Notes under the pieces: generated by a model
What the model saw: only the letters and a program-made list of their open reading frames with translations
What the model was told of the DNA's origin: nothing
Databases searched by the model: none
Source: an uncultured Actinomycetota bacterium
Lineage (GTDB): Bacteria; Actinomycetota; Actinomycetes; JAHEKZ01
DNA length: 64,000 nucleotides
Assembly: GCA_963718235.1 (NCBI GenBank)
Contig: CAVQYR010000001.1
Location: 2,201,289-2,265,288, forward strand
Reading direction: 5' to 3'
Program-made: the position numbers and the translations under genes
In this document: positions 51,845 through 63,439 of the stretch, in pieces
Layout of the letters: the number at the start of each line of letters is the position of its first letter
How positions within the stretch are numbered: position 1 is the first letter of the stretch

Positions 51845-53557
51845 TCAGACCTCGATCACGACCGGCAGGATCATCGGGCGACGACGATGGGTGTCGCTGA
51901 CCCACTTGCCGACGGTTCGGCGCACGATCTGCTGCATCTGGTGGGAGTCGCCGATCCCGTCGCGCCCGGCCTCCTCGACCCGCGCGACGATGCGCGGTGC
52001 CAGGTCGTCGAAGACCGTCTCGTCCTCGGTGAACCCGCGGGCGTGGATCTCCGGCCCACCGACCACCTTGCCCGTGGTGGAGTCGACGACGACGAGCACG
52101 GAGATGAACCCCTCGCTGCCGAGGATGCGTCGGTCCTTCAGGGATGCCTCAGTGACGTCACCGACGCCCGAGCCGTCGACGTAGACGTAGCCGCACGGGA
52201 CCGCACCCACGATGCGGGCGTCGCCTTCGACCAGGTCGACCACCACGCCGTCCTCGGCGATGACGACGTGCTCGCGCGGCACACCCGTGGCGACGGCCAG
52301 CTCGGCGTTCGCGTGCAGATGCCTGATCTCTCCGTGCACGGGCATCACGTTGCGCGGCTTGACGATGTTGTAGAGGTACAGCAGCTCACCGGCGGCAGCA
52401 TGACCGGACACGTGGACCCGGGCGTTGCCCTTGTGGACGACGTCGGCGCCCCACCGGGACAACCCGTTGATCACCCGGTAGACCGCACTCTCGTTGCCGG
52501 GAATCAGTGACGAGGCGAGCACCACGGTGTCGCCCTGACCGATCCGGATCGCGTGGTCCCGGTTGGCCATCCGGGACAGCGCAGCCATGGGCTCGCCCTG
52601 GGACCCGGTGCTGATCAGCACCACCTCGTCGTCGGGCAGCTCCTCGATCTCACGGAGGTCGACGACGAGTCCGGGCGGGATCGCGATGTACCCCAGGTCT
52701 CGGGCGATCCCCATGTTGCGCACCATCGAGCGACCGACGAAGGCCACCTTGCGTCGGTGTTTGAGTGCTGTGTCGAGGATCTGCTGGACCCGGTGCATGT
52801 GCGAGGCGAACGACGCGACGATGATGCGTCGTGGCGCGCGGTGGAACACCGCGTCGAGCACCGGGAGGATGTCCTTCTCCGGTGCGACGAACCCCGGCAC
52901 CTCGGCGTTGGTGGAGTCGGTGAGGAACAGGTCGACGCCCTCTTCGCCGAGCCGGGCGAACGCCCTCAGGTCGGTGAGGCGGCGGTCGAGCGGCAGCTGG
53001 TCCATCTTGAAGTCACCGGTGTGCACCACGAGCTGGCCGGTCGGGGTGCGGATGGCCACGGCCAGTGCGTCGGGGATCGAGTGGTTGACCGCGACGAACT
53101 CCAGGCCGTAGGGACCGGCGGTGACCCGCTCGTCGGCCGCCACCTCGATGAGCGGTGGTTTCAGCCGGTGCTCACGCAGCTTCGCGGCGACCAGCGCCAG
53201 CGTCAGCTTCGACCCGTAGACGGGGATGTCCTCCCGCTCCCGCAGGAGGAAGGGGAGACCCCCGATGTGGTCCTCGTGGCCGTGGGTCAGCACGATGGCG
53301 ACGACGTCGTCGAGGCGACCTCGCAGGTAGTCGAAGTCGGGAAGGATCAGGTCGACTCCGGGCTGGTGGTCCTCAGGAAAGAGAACCCCGACGTCGACGA
53401 TGAGCAGCGGATGACCGTCAGTGGCCGACCCGTCGAGCCCGAGCTCGAAGACCGTCATGTTGCGACCGATCTCGCCCAGCCCCCCGAGAGGCACGACGCG
53501 CAGCGCACCGGCGGCGAGTGGAGGCGGACCTTCGAGCTCGGGGTGCGGATGGCTCAC
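51845..53557 (-). CDS. rnj: Ribonuclease J
   Basis: LGGLGEIGRNM, THGHEDHIG, HTGDFK, HVSGH and PVHGE. Confidence 0.96.
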   Translation of the reverse strand: MSHPHPELEGPPPLAAGALRVVPLGGLGEIGRNMTVFELGLDGSATDGHPLLIVDVGVLFPEDHQPGVDLILPDFDYLRGRLDDVVAIVLTHGHEDHIGGLPFLLREREDIPVYGSKLTLALVAAKLREHRLKPPLIEVAADERVTAGPYGLEFVAVNHSIPDALAVAIRTPTGQLVVHTGDFKMDQLPLDRRLTDLRAFARLGEEGVDLFLTDSTNAEVPGFVAPEKDILPVLDAVFHRAPRRIIVASFASHMHRVQQILDTALKHRRKVAFVGRSMVRNMGIARDLGYIAIPPGLVVDLREIEELPDDEVVLISTGSQGEPMAALSRMANRDHAIRIGQGDTVVLASSLIPGNESAVYRVINGLSRWGADVVHKGNARVHVSGHAAAGELLYLYNIVKPRNVMPVHGEIRHLHANAELAVATGVPREHVVIAEDGVVVDLVEGDARIVGAVPCGYVYVDGSGVGDVTEASLKDRRILGSEGFISVLVVVDSTTGKVVGGPEIHARGFTEDETVFDDLAPRIVARVEEAGRDGIGDSHQMQQIVRRTVGKWVSDTHRRRPMILPVVIEV

Positions 53558-54459
53558 GCGCGGAACCCTTCGATCTGACCGTCGGCCAGGTCGATGACGA
53601 GCTGGGCGAGCTCGACCTCGGTGGCGTCGACCATGGGCGGACGTACCGGACCGGACGGCAACCCGAGCTGGGCCAGGGCGGCTTTGGTGCTCACGACACC
53701 GGGGATGGAGAACATGCCCGAGAACACGGGCATCAGCCGACGGTGGATCTCCGACGCCTCGTCGACCCGACCGGCCCGGAACGCCTCGACCATGGCGACC
53801 AGCGGCCGCGTGGCGACATGGGACACGACGCTGACCACACCCACAGCCCCGATGCTCAGGAACGGCAGGGTGAGTCCGTCGTCGCCGGAGTACCAGGCCA
53901 GGTCGGTGCGGGCGATCGCCCAGGACGCGGACTCGAAGTCGGCCTTGGCGTCCTTGACCGCGACGATCTGGCGGTGCGACTGCGACAGTCGGACGACGGT
54001 CTCGACCTCGATCGCGACACCGGTGCGACCGGGGATGTCGTAGAGCATGACCGGCAGCGGCGTAGCCTCCGCGACGGATGCGAGGTGCGCCTGGACCCCC
54101 GCCTGCTGTGGCCGGTTGTAGTAGGGCGTGACGACGAGCAGCCCGTGGGCCCCGGCCTTGTAGGCGATCCGGGCGCGTTCGACCGCATGCACGGTGTCGT
54201 TGCTGGATGCGCCGCCGATCACCAGCGCCCGGTCACCCACCGCTTCGACCACGGCTCGGACGAGCAGCTCTTGCTCGTGGTCGGTGGTCGTTGCCGACTC
54301 CCCCGTGGTGCCGTTGACGACCAGGGCGTCGTTGCCGGCGTCGACCAGGTGCACCGCCAGCCGCTGAGCCCCGTCGAGGTCGATGGACAGGTCCGGGTGC
54401 ATGGGAGTGACCATGGCCGTCACCACCCGACCGAAGGGCTCCATGGCGGTGCGCGTCAT
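53554..54459 (-). CDS. dapA: 4-hydroxy-tetrahydrodipicolinate synthase
   Basis: NGTTGES, VTPYYN, LYDIPGRTG, VKDA and YSGDD. Confidence 0.95.
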   Translation of the reverse strand: MTRTAMEPFGRVVTAMVTPMHPDLSIDLDGAQRLAVHLVDAGNDALVVNGTTGESATTTDHEQELLVRAVVEAVGDRALVIGGASSNDTVHAVERARIAYKAGAHGLLVVTPYYNRPQQAGVQAHLASVAEATPLPVMLYDIPGRTGVAIEVETVVRLSQSHRQIVAVKDAKADFESASWAIARTDLAWYSGDDGLTLPFLSIGAVGVVSVVSHVATRPLVAMVEAFRAGRVDEASEIHRRLMPVFSGMFSIPGVVSTKAALAQLGLPSGPVRPPMVDATEVELAQLVIDLADGQIEGFRA

Positions 54460-54519
54460 GGTCGTCAGGCTATCCCCCGCAGGCGAGGTCACGCCTTCGC
54501 CACCCAAGGGGGCAGCAGG

Positions 54520-55248
54520 TCAAGGTGCGACGCGACCGCCGGAGTCGAAGGCGGCGTAGGTCAGCGGCATGAGCTCAGCCCACACCGCTTCCATCTTCTC
54601 GGCCACCATCTCGATCTCCCGCTGGGGGTAGGAGGGGAACCGAGAGTCTTCGCGTTTGGTGCGCAGCGACAGGAAGTTCATCAACGACCGTGCGTTCATC
54701 GTCACGTACATCGACGAGTACGTCGCCACTGGGAGCACACCGCGGGCAACCTCGCGGGCGACGCCGGCATCGAGCATGGCCTGGTAAGCCCGGTATGCCT
54801 CGGTGCAGGCACGCCGCGTCTCCCGGTCGACCGTGGCGTGCTGCTCGTCGCTGCCCTCGACGAACACGTAGTGACCCGGCTTGCCCTCTTGCACCAGCAA
54901 GCGTTCGGGGCCGGGGACGTAGAACACCGGCCTTAACTCACGGTAACGGCCTGACTCCTCATTGTAACTGGCCACCCTGTGTCGCATGAACTCGCGGAAG
55001 ACGAAGATCGGCGCCTGCACGTAGAACGTCATCGAGTTGTGCTCGAAGGGCGAGCCGTGCCGGTCCCGCATCAGGTAGTTGATCAGCCCCTGGGAGCGGC
55101 TGGCGTCTGCGCCGACGTCGTCGAGCGACTGCTCGCCCTGGGTGGAAACACGCGCCGCGAAGAGCACATCGGCGTCCTGCGCCGACGCTCGCACGAGCTC
55201 GACGGTGACGTCGCTGCGGAACTCGATCGGCATCGCCTCGTCGGGCAC
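54520..55248 (-). CDS. thyX: FAD-dependent thymidylate synthase
   Basis: HGSPFEH, RHRVASYNEESGRY, EVARGVLP, NARSLMNFL and QREI. Confidence 0.96.
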   Translation of the reverse strand: MPDEAMPIEFRSDVTVELVRASAQDADVLFAARVSTQGEQSLDDVGADASRSQGLINYLMRDRHGSPFEHNSMTFYVQAPIFVFREFMRHRVASYNEESGRYRELRPVFYVPGPERLLVQEGKPGHYVFVEGSDEQHATVDRETRRACTEAYRAYQAMLDAGVAREVARGVLPVATYSSMYVTMNARSLMNFLSLRTKREDSRFPSYPQREIEMVAEKMEAVWAELMPLTYAAFDSGGRVAP

Positions 55249-55309
55249 GGCACAGCTCCTACAGGTCGCTTCGAAGGGACGTCCTCACCCTAGCGACGGC
55301 GGCCGACGG

Positions 55310-56404
55310 TCAGCCGAACCGGGCGAGGGTGAACTGCTGGGCGTCGGCGTCGAGCCGGACACCGGTGACCAGGTCGGCCAGGATCTCCCCGATCAGTGGG
55401 CTGTGCTTGAACGCGACACCCGCGTCGCCAGCACCGATCACGACGTCGCCGACCCGGTCGAGGACGAACCGATCGTCCGGTGAGCCCGTCCAGCTGCAGA
55501 CCTCCGAGCGGGTGAGGCGTGGCTCCAGGCCAGGGAAGACCGTGCGCACCAGCTCCTCGATCGCCCGTTCGCGCTCGGCGACCGGCGCCCGCTCGAGGTC
55601 GGCGGCACTCCAGTCGCGCAGTGGACGGTCGAGACCGACCTTGTACCCGCTGCCCGGGCTGGGCATCGCGTACAGCGGGTGCGCGCTGGGGGACGCCGCG
55701 TCCTGGACGACGCACGGACGATGCGGTGGCCCTTCCGGTCCATGCACGTAGCCGACCTGCTCGAGGACCGGCTCGAGCGCAAGATCGACCCCCAGCGGAC
55801 CCATGAAGTCCGAGGCCCAGGGTCCGGCCGCGACGACCGCGACGTCGGCGGCGTAGGTGGCCCGGCCGCCCACGACCTGGACACCCCCACCGGGCAGGGG
55901 CCGCACAGACTGGATCCGCTCGCCGGCCACGAGCATCCCCCCGGCCCGCACCAAGAGCTCGGCCTGCATGGCCAGCGACTCGGCGGCGAGCAGGACGCCG
56001 GCCCGCGGCGTCCAGGTGACCGGGTGGTCGGCGTCGGGCCGCAGCTCGGGGAAGAGCCGCTGCTGCTCGGCGAGCCCGACGACCTCGGCTGGTTCTCCCT
56101 CCGCGGTCAGCGCGGTGTGCACCTCCGGTGCGTGCCCACCGCGCCACAGCAGACCGGGCTCGAGCAGCACCGTGCGGCCGGATCGCCGCTCGAGGTCACG
56201 CCACAGGCCGACGCCGCGCTGTGACAGCCGCACGATCGACCGGTCGGGATCGGCCAGCCGCCAGACCCGGGTCGCCCCGGACGACGATGCCAGCCGGTTG
56301 CCCACCCCGAACTGGTCGACGGCCACGACGTCGTGACCTCGCTCGGCGAGCACGCGGGCCGCGGCCAGGCCCATGGCCCCGGTTCCGACGACGACGACCC
56401 GCAT
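55310..56404 (-). CDS. FAD-dependent oxidoreductase (monomeric sarcosine oxidase / SolA-like)
   Basis: VVVGTGAMG, ASSSGATR, AAGPW, SPDDRFVLD and FKHSPLIG. Confidence 0.82.
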   Translation of the reverse strand: MRVVVVGTGAMGLAAARVLAERGHDVVAVDQFGVGNRLASSSGATRVWRLADPDRSIVRLSQRGVGLWRDLERRSGRTVLLEPGLLWRGGHAPEVHTALTAEGEPAEVVGLAEQQRLFPELRPDADHPVTWTPRAGVLLAAESLAMQAELLVRAGGMLVAGERIQSVRPLPGGGVQVVGGRATYAADVAVVAAGPWASDFMGPLGVDLALEPVLEQVGYVHGPEGPPHRPCVVQDAASPSAHPLYAMPSPGSGYKVGLDRPLRDWSAADLERAPVAERERAIEELVRTVFPGLEPRLTRSEVCSWTGSPDDRFVLDRVGDVVIGAGDAGVAFKHSPLIGEILADLVTGVRLDADAQQFTLARFG

Positions 56405-56453
56405 GGCGGGTCACCCTAGCCCCGCACCTGTGGGCGGTTGAGAGGATGCGGCC

Positions 56454-57020
56454 ATGGCTGACTTGAGCGTGCGGCGCGGGCGGCTGGTCGACGTGTCGGC
56501 CCTCGTCGAGGTGCAGCGACGGACCTGGCAGTCGCTGCCGACCGGTCTCTGGGCCGTCCCCGACGTCGAGGACCTCGACCCGGACGCGATGCGGCGCAGC
56601 TGGGAGCGCGCGGTGCTGCTTCCGCCCACCCCACGCCACCGGCTGCTCGTCGCGCTGGACGGCGACACCGTGGTCGGGGGCGCGGCGACCACCCCCGCCG
56701 ACGACCCGGACTTGTCCGAGACCGTGGCCGCGGACGACTCCGACGAGTCGCTGGCCGACGAGCTGGCCCTCCTGGTGGTCGACCCGGAGCACCGAGGAAG
56801 CGGCCACGGCTCCCGGATGATGGCAGCCGTGGTCGATCTCGTCCGCGCGGGCGGCGTGCCCACGCTCGTGACGTGGGTCCCGGCGTCCGACGACGACGCA
56901 CGCACCTGGCTCGTCGACTCCGGATGGGCGCCCGACGGTGCGCACCGGACGGTCGAGCTCGACGGTCACGTCGTGCGCGAGCTGAGGTTCGCCACCGACG
57001 TGCGCCAGGACCCTGCGTGA
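56454..57020 (+). CDS. GNAT acetyltransferase
   Basis: VDPEHRGSGHGSRM acetyl-CoA motif and GWAPDG. Confidence 0.85.
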   Translation: MADLSVRRGRLVDVSALVEVQRRTWQSLPTGLWAVPDVEDLDPDAMRRSWERAVLLPPTPRHRLLVALDGDTVVGGAATTPADDPDLSETVAADDSDESLADELALLVVDPEHRGSGHGSRMMAAVVDLVRAGGVPTLVTWVPASDDDARTWLVDSGWAPDGAHRTVELDGHVVRELRFATDVRQDPA

Positions 57021-57736
57021 CCGACGAGGCATCGGCTCGGCGGCAGGAGCACCGGCGGATCCTCGTCGACGCGACCAGCATCGGCGTCGCGGTCGGCACC
57101 TACGGGTTGTCGTTCGGGGCGCTCGCCGTCACCTCGGGGTTCAGCCTCGGCCAGACGATGGCCCTGTCGAGCCTGACCTTCACCGGGGCCAGCCAGTTCG
57201 CACTCGTCGGGGTGATCGGAGCGGGCGGCTCCGCGTTGGCCGGTGTGCTCGCAGCCCTGTTCCTCGGAGTCCGCAACTCGCTCTACGGGCTGTCACTGGC
57301 ACCTCTCCTGCAGGTCCATGGCGCCCGTCGGCTGCTCGCTGCACACCTCGTCATCGACGAGTCCACCGCCATGACGATCAGCCAGCCCGGTCCCCGCGCT
57401 GCGCGGTTGGGCTTCTGGTCGACGGGAGTGGCGGTCTTCGTGTGCTGGAACACCGCCACCGCCCTGGGCGCGCTCGGCGCCGAGGCGATCGGGGACCCGC
57501 AGACGTTCGGGCTCGACGCCGCGGTCGGGGCCGCCTTCCTGGCCCTGCTGTGGCCCCGGCTGGGCGAACGCAACGCCCGGGTCACCGCCGCCCTCGGCGC
57601 CGCCGTGGCGCTCGCGCTGACCCCACTCCTCCCCCCGGGCGTCCCGGTGCTGCTGGCCGCTGCCGTAGCGGTCGTCGTCGCCTGGCCGGCGCCGCGCCGA
57701 GGAGACCCGGACCGCGCACCGGCGGGGAGCGGCTGA
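57017..57736 (+). CDS. azlC: AzlC-family branched-chain amino acid exporter subunit
   Basis: YGLSFG, FTGASQF, RNSLYG, IDES and FGLDAA. Confidence 0.88.
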   Translation: MTDEASARRQEHRRILVDATSIGVAVGTYGLSFGALAVTSGFSLGQTMALSSLTFTGASQFALVGVIGAGGSALAGVLAALFLGVRNSLYGLSLAPLLQVHGARRLLAAHLVIDESTAMTISQPGPRAARLGFWSTGVAVFVCWNTATALGALGAEAIGDPQTFGLDAAVGAAFLALLWPRLGERNARVTAALGAAVALALTPLLPPGVPVLLAAAVAVVVAWPAPRRGDPDRAPAGSG

Positions 57737-58038
57737 TGTGGCCCGCGGTCCTGGCCACCTCGCTGGGCGCGTACCTGTTGAAGCTGCTCGGGCTCTCGGT
57801 CTCCCAGCAGACGCTGGACCGTCCCCGGGTGCGTCGGATCGCCACCTTGGTCCCGGTCGCGCTGCTGGCTGCGCTCACCGCCGTCCAGGTCTTCGTCTCC
57901 GGCACCACCCTGGTCCTCGACGCCCGAGCGGCCGGTCTCGCCTTCGCTGTCGTCGCCCTGCTGCTGCGAGCACCGTTCCTGGTGGTGGTCGTGGGCGCTG
58001 CTGCTGTGGCCGCGGGGCTTCGCGCCGTCGCCGGCTGA
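57736..58038 (+). CDS. azlD: AzlD-family subunit
   Basis: Small hydrophobic protein (YLLKLLG..PVALLAAL..DAR) overlapping the azlC stop. Confidence 0.85.
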   Translation: MWPAVLATSLGAYLLKLLGLSVSQQTLDRPRVRRIATLVPVALLAALTAVQVFVSGTTLVLDARAAGLAFAVVALLLRAPFLVVVVGAAAVAAGLRAVAG

Positions 58039-58059
58039 CGGCACCGAGCCTGGGCACGG

Positions 58060-58507
58060 TCAGCTGCCGGACTGCGCCTGCTCCAGAGCGATCGCCTGGC
58101 GCATCGACGAGCGGGCCCGACGCGGTCGCCGGCATCGTCGTACGCGACGCCGAGGCGGTACCACGAGCCCCAGTCGTCCGGGTGCGCCTCGACGTCGACC
58201 CGGCAGCGCTCGAACGCCTGGTCGGCAGCCGCCCGGTCGACCCGACCGCTGGCCCTGCGCGGCAGGTCGTCGACCGGCAGCCCGCCCTCGGCGCCGAGCC
58301 GACGAGCAAGGCGCTGCGTGGCGAGACCGAACTGCACCTCCTTGACCACCAGCACCGTGCCCACGACGGGGACCAGCAAGACGCCGACCCCGAGCCCGAC
58401 ACCCGAGGCTCACCGGAGGTGAGCAGCAGCCAGGCGCGTTGGCCGAGCAGCAGCAGGTACACCGCGGTGGCCAGCAGCAGGACGAAGACGACGCGGCGGG
58501 CGGTCAC
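58060..58507 (-). CDS. Conserved membrane protein with a TPR-like C-terminus (frameshifted)
   Basis: TM N-terminus; LPRRASGRVDR..PDDWGSWYRLGVAYDDAGDR..AR..MRQAI split across frames; follows dapB. Confidence 0.6.
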
Positions 58508-58511
58508 GGGG

Positions 58512-59245
<734 letters not shown>

Positions 59246-59249
59246 CCCC

Positions 59250-60565
59250 AAGCGGCGAATCCCGGTCGGTATCGAAGGGGCCGATGACGGCCAAGGTCGG
59301 CTTAGCGCCGAGAACGGCTTCGGCGACTGCCCGCACGTCGTCGAGCGTGACGGCTCGAACGCGCCCAGGATCTCGTCGACGGTCAGCAGCTCACCGAACA
59401 CCAGCTCGCTCTTGCCGATCCGGAACATCCGCGAACCGGTGTCCTCCATGCCGAGCACGAGGGAGCCACAGACCTGCCCGACGCCGCGCTCAGCTCGTCC
59501 TCGGTGATGCCCCGCTCGCGCACCCGCGCAGCTCCACCTGACACAGCTCGAGGACGTCGTCGACCTTCTGCGGCAGACACCCCGCCGTCACGGCGAACAG
59601 CCCAGCGTCGGAGTACTGGGAGTGTACGAGTAGACGGAGTAGGCCAGCCCGCGCTTCTCGCGAACCTCCTGGAAGAGCCGGCTGGACATCCCTCCGCCGA
59701 GAGCGCGTTGAGGACACCGAGCGCGAAGCGTCGGTCGTCGGTCCGGTTGACCCCCGGCATGCCAAGCACCAGGTTGACCTGCTCGGTGGGGCGCGGCAGC
59801 ACGGCAACCGGCACCCAGGAACACCCTTGCGGGCGCCCGACCGAAGCGGCGCCGGAGCCGCCCCAGGTCGTCCCCGGCTTGGCTGAACGCCCGGCGCACC
59901 AGCCGCACGACCGTGGCGTGGTCGAGGTTGCCGGCGGCCGAGACCACGATGTGCTCGGGGCGGTACCACTTGCGGTAGTAGCGGCGCACCGAGTCACGCG
60001 TCAGCGCGTTGATGGAGTCCGCGGTCCCGAGGATGGGTCGCCCAGCGGGGTGGCTCCGAAGACGGTGCGGCAAACGCCTCGTGCACGACGTCGCTGGGAT
60101 CGTCGTCGTGCATCGCGATCTCTTCGAAGAATCACGCCGCGCTCGGACTCGAAGTCGGGTCCGGTGATGATCGACGAGAGCACCAGGTCCGAGACGACAT
60201 CCACCGCGACCGGCAGGTCGGCGTCGAGCATGCGCGTAGTAGCAGGTGAACTCTTGGCGGTGAACGCGTTGATCTCGCCGCCTCGCCGGTCGACCGCCGA
60301 CGAGATGTCCATCGCGGCTCCGCCTGGTCCCTTTGAAGAGCACGTGCTCGAGAAGTGGGAGGCGCCGGCCTGCGACGGGTGACTCGTCGCGCGAGCCCAC
60401 CCCGACCCACATCCCGAAGGCGACCGATCGACGGTGGGCACGGACTCGGTGGAGACCCGAAGCCCGCCTGGCAGGACCGTCCGCTTGACCACACTGCCGT
60501 CACGGCCCCGGTGCAAAGTCCGGGTGCGCCGGGTCGCTGCTCCGTGGCGGGTCGCCGGCGGCCAT
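59250..60565 (-). CDS. M16 (pitrilysin) family zinc peptidase (multiple indels; ends approximate)
   Basis: Fragments VLPGGLRV, WVGVGSRDE, LEHVLFKGT, INAFTAK, LGGGMSSRLFQEVREKRGLAYSVYS and AVIGPF. Confidence 0.85.
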
Positions 60566-60567
60566 GG

Positions 60568-62767
60568 TTAGGCGTCAGTCGTCGGCCCTGCCGCTTGGGC
60601 CTCGTCGTGCGCGGGCACCAGCGAGAGCTTGCCCCGGTCGTCGATCTCCTTGATGGCGACGCGGACCTTCTCGCCGACCTTCAGCACGTCTTCGACGCTC
60701 TCGATGCGTGGCTTGCCGGCCAGCTTCTTCACCTCAGAGATGTGCAACAGCCCGTCCTTCCCGGGATCAGCGAGATGAACGCCCCGAAGGTGGTGGTCTT
60801 GACGACCGTGCCCAGGTACCGCTCGCCGATCTCAGGCATCGTCGGGTTGGCGATCGAGTTGATCGTCGCCCGCGCAGCCTCGGCGGAGGGGCCGTCGACC
60901 GCCCCGATGTAGATCGTGCCGTCGTCCTCGATCGTGATGTCGGCGCCGGTGTCGTCCTGGATCGAGTTGATCATCTTGCCCTTCGGGCCGATGACCTCAC
61001 CGATCTTGTCGATCGGCATCTTGACGGTGATCACCCGCGGCGCGTTCGGCGCCATCTCGTCGGGACCGTCGATCGCCTCGGCCATGACCTCCAGGATGTC
61101 AGGCGCGCGCCGCGTGCCTGGGTGAGTGCGGCACCGAGCACCGACGCCGGGATGCCGTCGAGCTTGGTGTCGAGCTGCAGCGCCGTGATGAAGTCCTTGG
61201 TGCCGGCGACCTTGAAGTCCATGTCGCCAAAGGCGTCCTCGGCGCCGAGGATGTCGGTCAAGGCGACGTACTCGGTCTTGCCGTCGACCTCGTCGCTCAC
61301 CAGGCCCATGGCGATGCCGGCGACCGGTGCCTTCAACGGCACACCGGCGTCAGCAACGACATGGTGGAGGCGCAGACCGAACCCATCGACGTCGAACCGT
61401 TGGAGCCGAGCGCCTCGGACACCTGACGGATCGCATACGGGAACTCTCACGCGACGGCAGGACGGGCATGAGCGCCCGCTCGGCAACGCGCCATGACCGA
61501 TCTCGCGGCGCTTGGGTGAACCGACCCGGCCGGTCTCACCGGTCGAGTAGGGCGGGAAGTTGTAGTTGTGCATGTAGCGCTTGCGGTTCTCCGGGGAGAG
61601 GGTGTCGAGCATCTGCTCCATGCGCAGCATGTTCAGCGTGGTCACGCCCAGGATCTGGGTCTCACCGCGCTCGAACAGCGCCGAACCGTGGGCCAGCGGA
61701 ATAACGTCGACCTCGGCCGACAGGCCCCGGATGTCGGAGGGCGTACGACCGTCGATCCGCACCTTGTCGCGCAAGATCCGCTGCCGGACGAGCTTCTTGG
61801 TCAGCGGCGCGGAAGGCGGCGGAGACCTCCTTCTCGCGGCCCTCGAACTTGGCGACACCTGCTCGACGGCCACGGCCTTGACGGGTCAGGCTCGGTCTCG
61901 CGCTCCTGCTTGCCCGCGATCGTCAGCGCCTGCGCCAACGGCGCGGAAACCGCCGCCTCGACCGCGGCGAGGACGTCGTCCTCGTAGTCGAGGAAGCGGG
62001 GAAGTCCCCGTCGGCTTCGCGGCCCGGCGCCCAGCTCGGACTGCGCGTCGCACAGCAACTTGATGAACGGCTTGGCTGCCTCCAGGCCGGCCGCCACAAT
62101 CTCTTCGGTCGGCGCAGGGCGCCACCGGCGACCAGCGCGACGGTCTCCGTGGTGGCCTCGGCCTCGACCATCATGATGGCGACGTCGTCTCCGACCACGC
62201 GACCGGCGACGACCATGTCGAAGACGGCCCGCTCGAGCTCGGAGTAGGTCGGGAACGCGACCCACTGCCCATCGATCAGCGCCACCCGCACGCCACCGAT
62301 CGGGCCGCTGAACGGCAACCCGGCCAGCAGGGTGGACATCGACGCCGCGTTGATCGCGACGACGTCGTAGAGGTGGTCGGGGTCGAGCGACATGATCGTC
62401 TCGACGACCTGGACCTCGTTGCGCAGACCCTTGGCGAAGGACGGACGCAACGGTCGGTCGATCAGCCGGCAGGTCAGGATCGCGTCCTCGCTGGGACGGC
62501 CTTCGCGGCGGAAGAACGAGCCGGGGATCCTGCCGATGAGTACATCCGCTCCTCGACGTCCACGGTGAGCGGGAAGAAGTCGAGCTGGTCCTTGGGCTGC
62601 TTGGAGGCCGTGGTGGCCGACAGCATCATGGTGGCGTCGTCGAGGTAGGCGACGGCTGAGCCGCCGGCCTGGCGGGCGAGCCGGCCGGTCTCGAACTTGA
62701 CGGTGCGACTGCCGAACGACCCGTTGTCGATCACGGCTTCGCTGTACTGAACGTCTAGACCCTCCAC
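60568..62767 (-). CDS. pnp: Polyribonucleotide nucleotidyltransferase (multiple indels)
   Basis: [42 protein letters not shown]-like, [11 protein letters not shown] domain IGEVIGPKG and S1 domain FGAFISL. Confidence 0.93.
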
Positions 62768-62820
62768 GGGGCCTCCTTCGTGGATGTCCCGGGCGACCGG
62801 ACGCAGGGGACAGGACAGCG

Positions 62821-62884
62821 GCCGGTCTTCGATCGAGGCGCTCGGGAGATGTGGTCGCCCGGGGCGCCACTACCGAGGACCGAC
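62821..62884 (-). ncRNA. actino-pnp-like cis-regulatory RNA motif in the pnp 5' UTR
   Basis: The minus strand reads GTCGGTCCTCGGTAGTGGC...GCCTCGATCGAAGACCGGC; the ends pair (GTCGGTC/GACCGGC). Recognised from memory of the motif and its position. Confidence 0.75.
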
Positions 62885-63019
62885 GTGAGCCGCAGGAACC
62901 CACTACGTGCGCCCCGGGGGCTTGGTTATGGAGTTGGGTGGTGCTGGTGGTTCGCGCGTAGGTACGCGGTCAAGCAGCAACGGAGCGGCTCCCGCACGGA
63001 CCCTGCTCCTTAGATCGAG

Positions 63020-63289
63020 CTAGCGACGCAGGCCGAGCCGCTCGATCAGGCGGCGATAGCGCTCGATGTCGGTCTTGGCCAGGTAGTTGAGCAGCCGACG
63101 ACGCTGGCCGACCAGGAGCAGCAGGCCGCGCCGGCTGTGGTGGTCGTGCTTGTGGCTCCTTGAGGTGCTCGGTGAGGTCGGAGATCCGGCGAGTGAGCAT
63201 CGCAACCTGGACTCGGGCGAGCCGGTGTCGCCGTCGCGGGTGGCGTACTCGGTCATGATCTGCTGCTTGGTGGCGGCATCGAGGGACAC
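63020..63289 (-). CDS. rpsO: 30S ribosomal protein S15 (two compensating indels)
   Basis: GDTGSPE...[37 protein letters not shown]. The segment [19 protein letters not shown] lies in another frame. Confidence 0.95.
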   Translation of the reverse strand: MSLDAATKQQIMTEYATRDGDTGSPESRLRCSLAGSPTSPSTSRSHKHDHHSRRGLLLLVGQRRRLLNYLAKTDIERYRRLIERLGLRR

Positions 63290-63439
63290 GACTCTCCTCC
63301 GTGTCGGTGGCTGCGCGGCCACCGGGGCAGGTCCACCCGGGCTCTTCCACGTCCGCGGCCGATCACGGCCCCCGCAGGCTATCAGCGCACGTCAGGGGAC
63401 CCGAATCGGCGGCGCCGGCTACCGTGGGACGCTGGAGGC

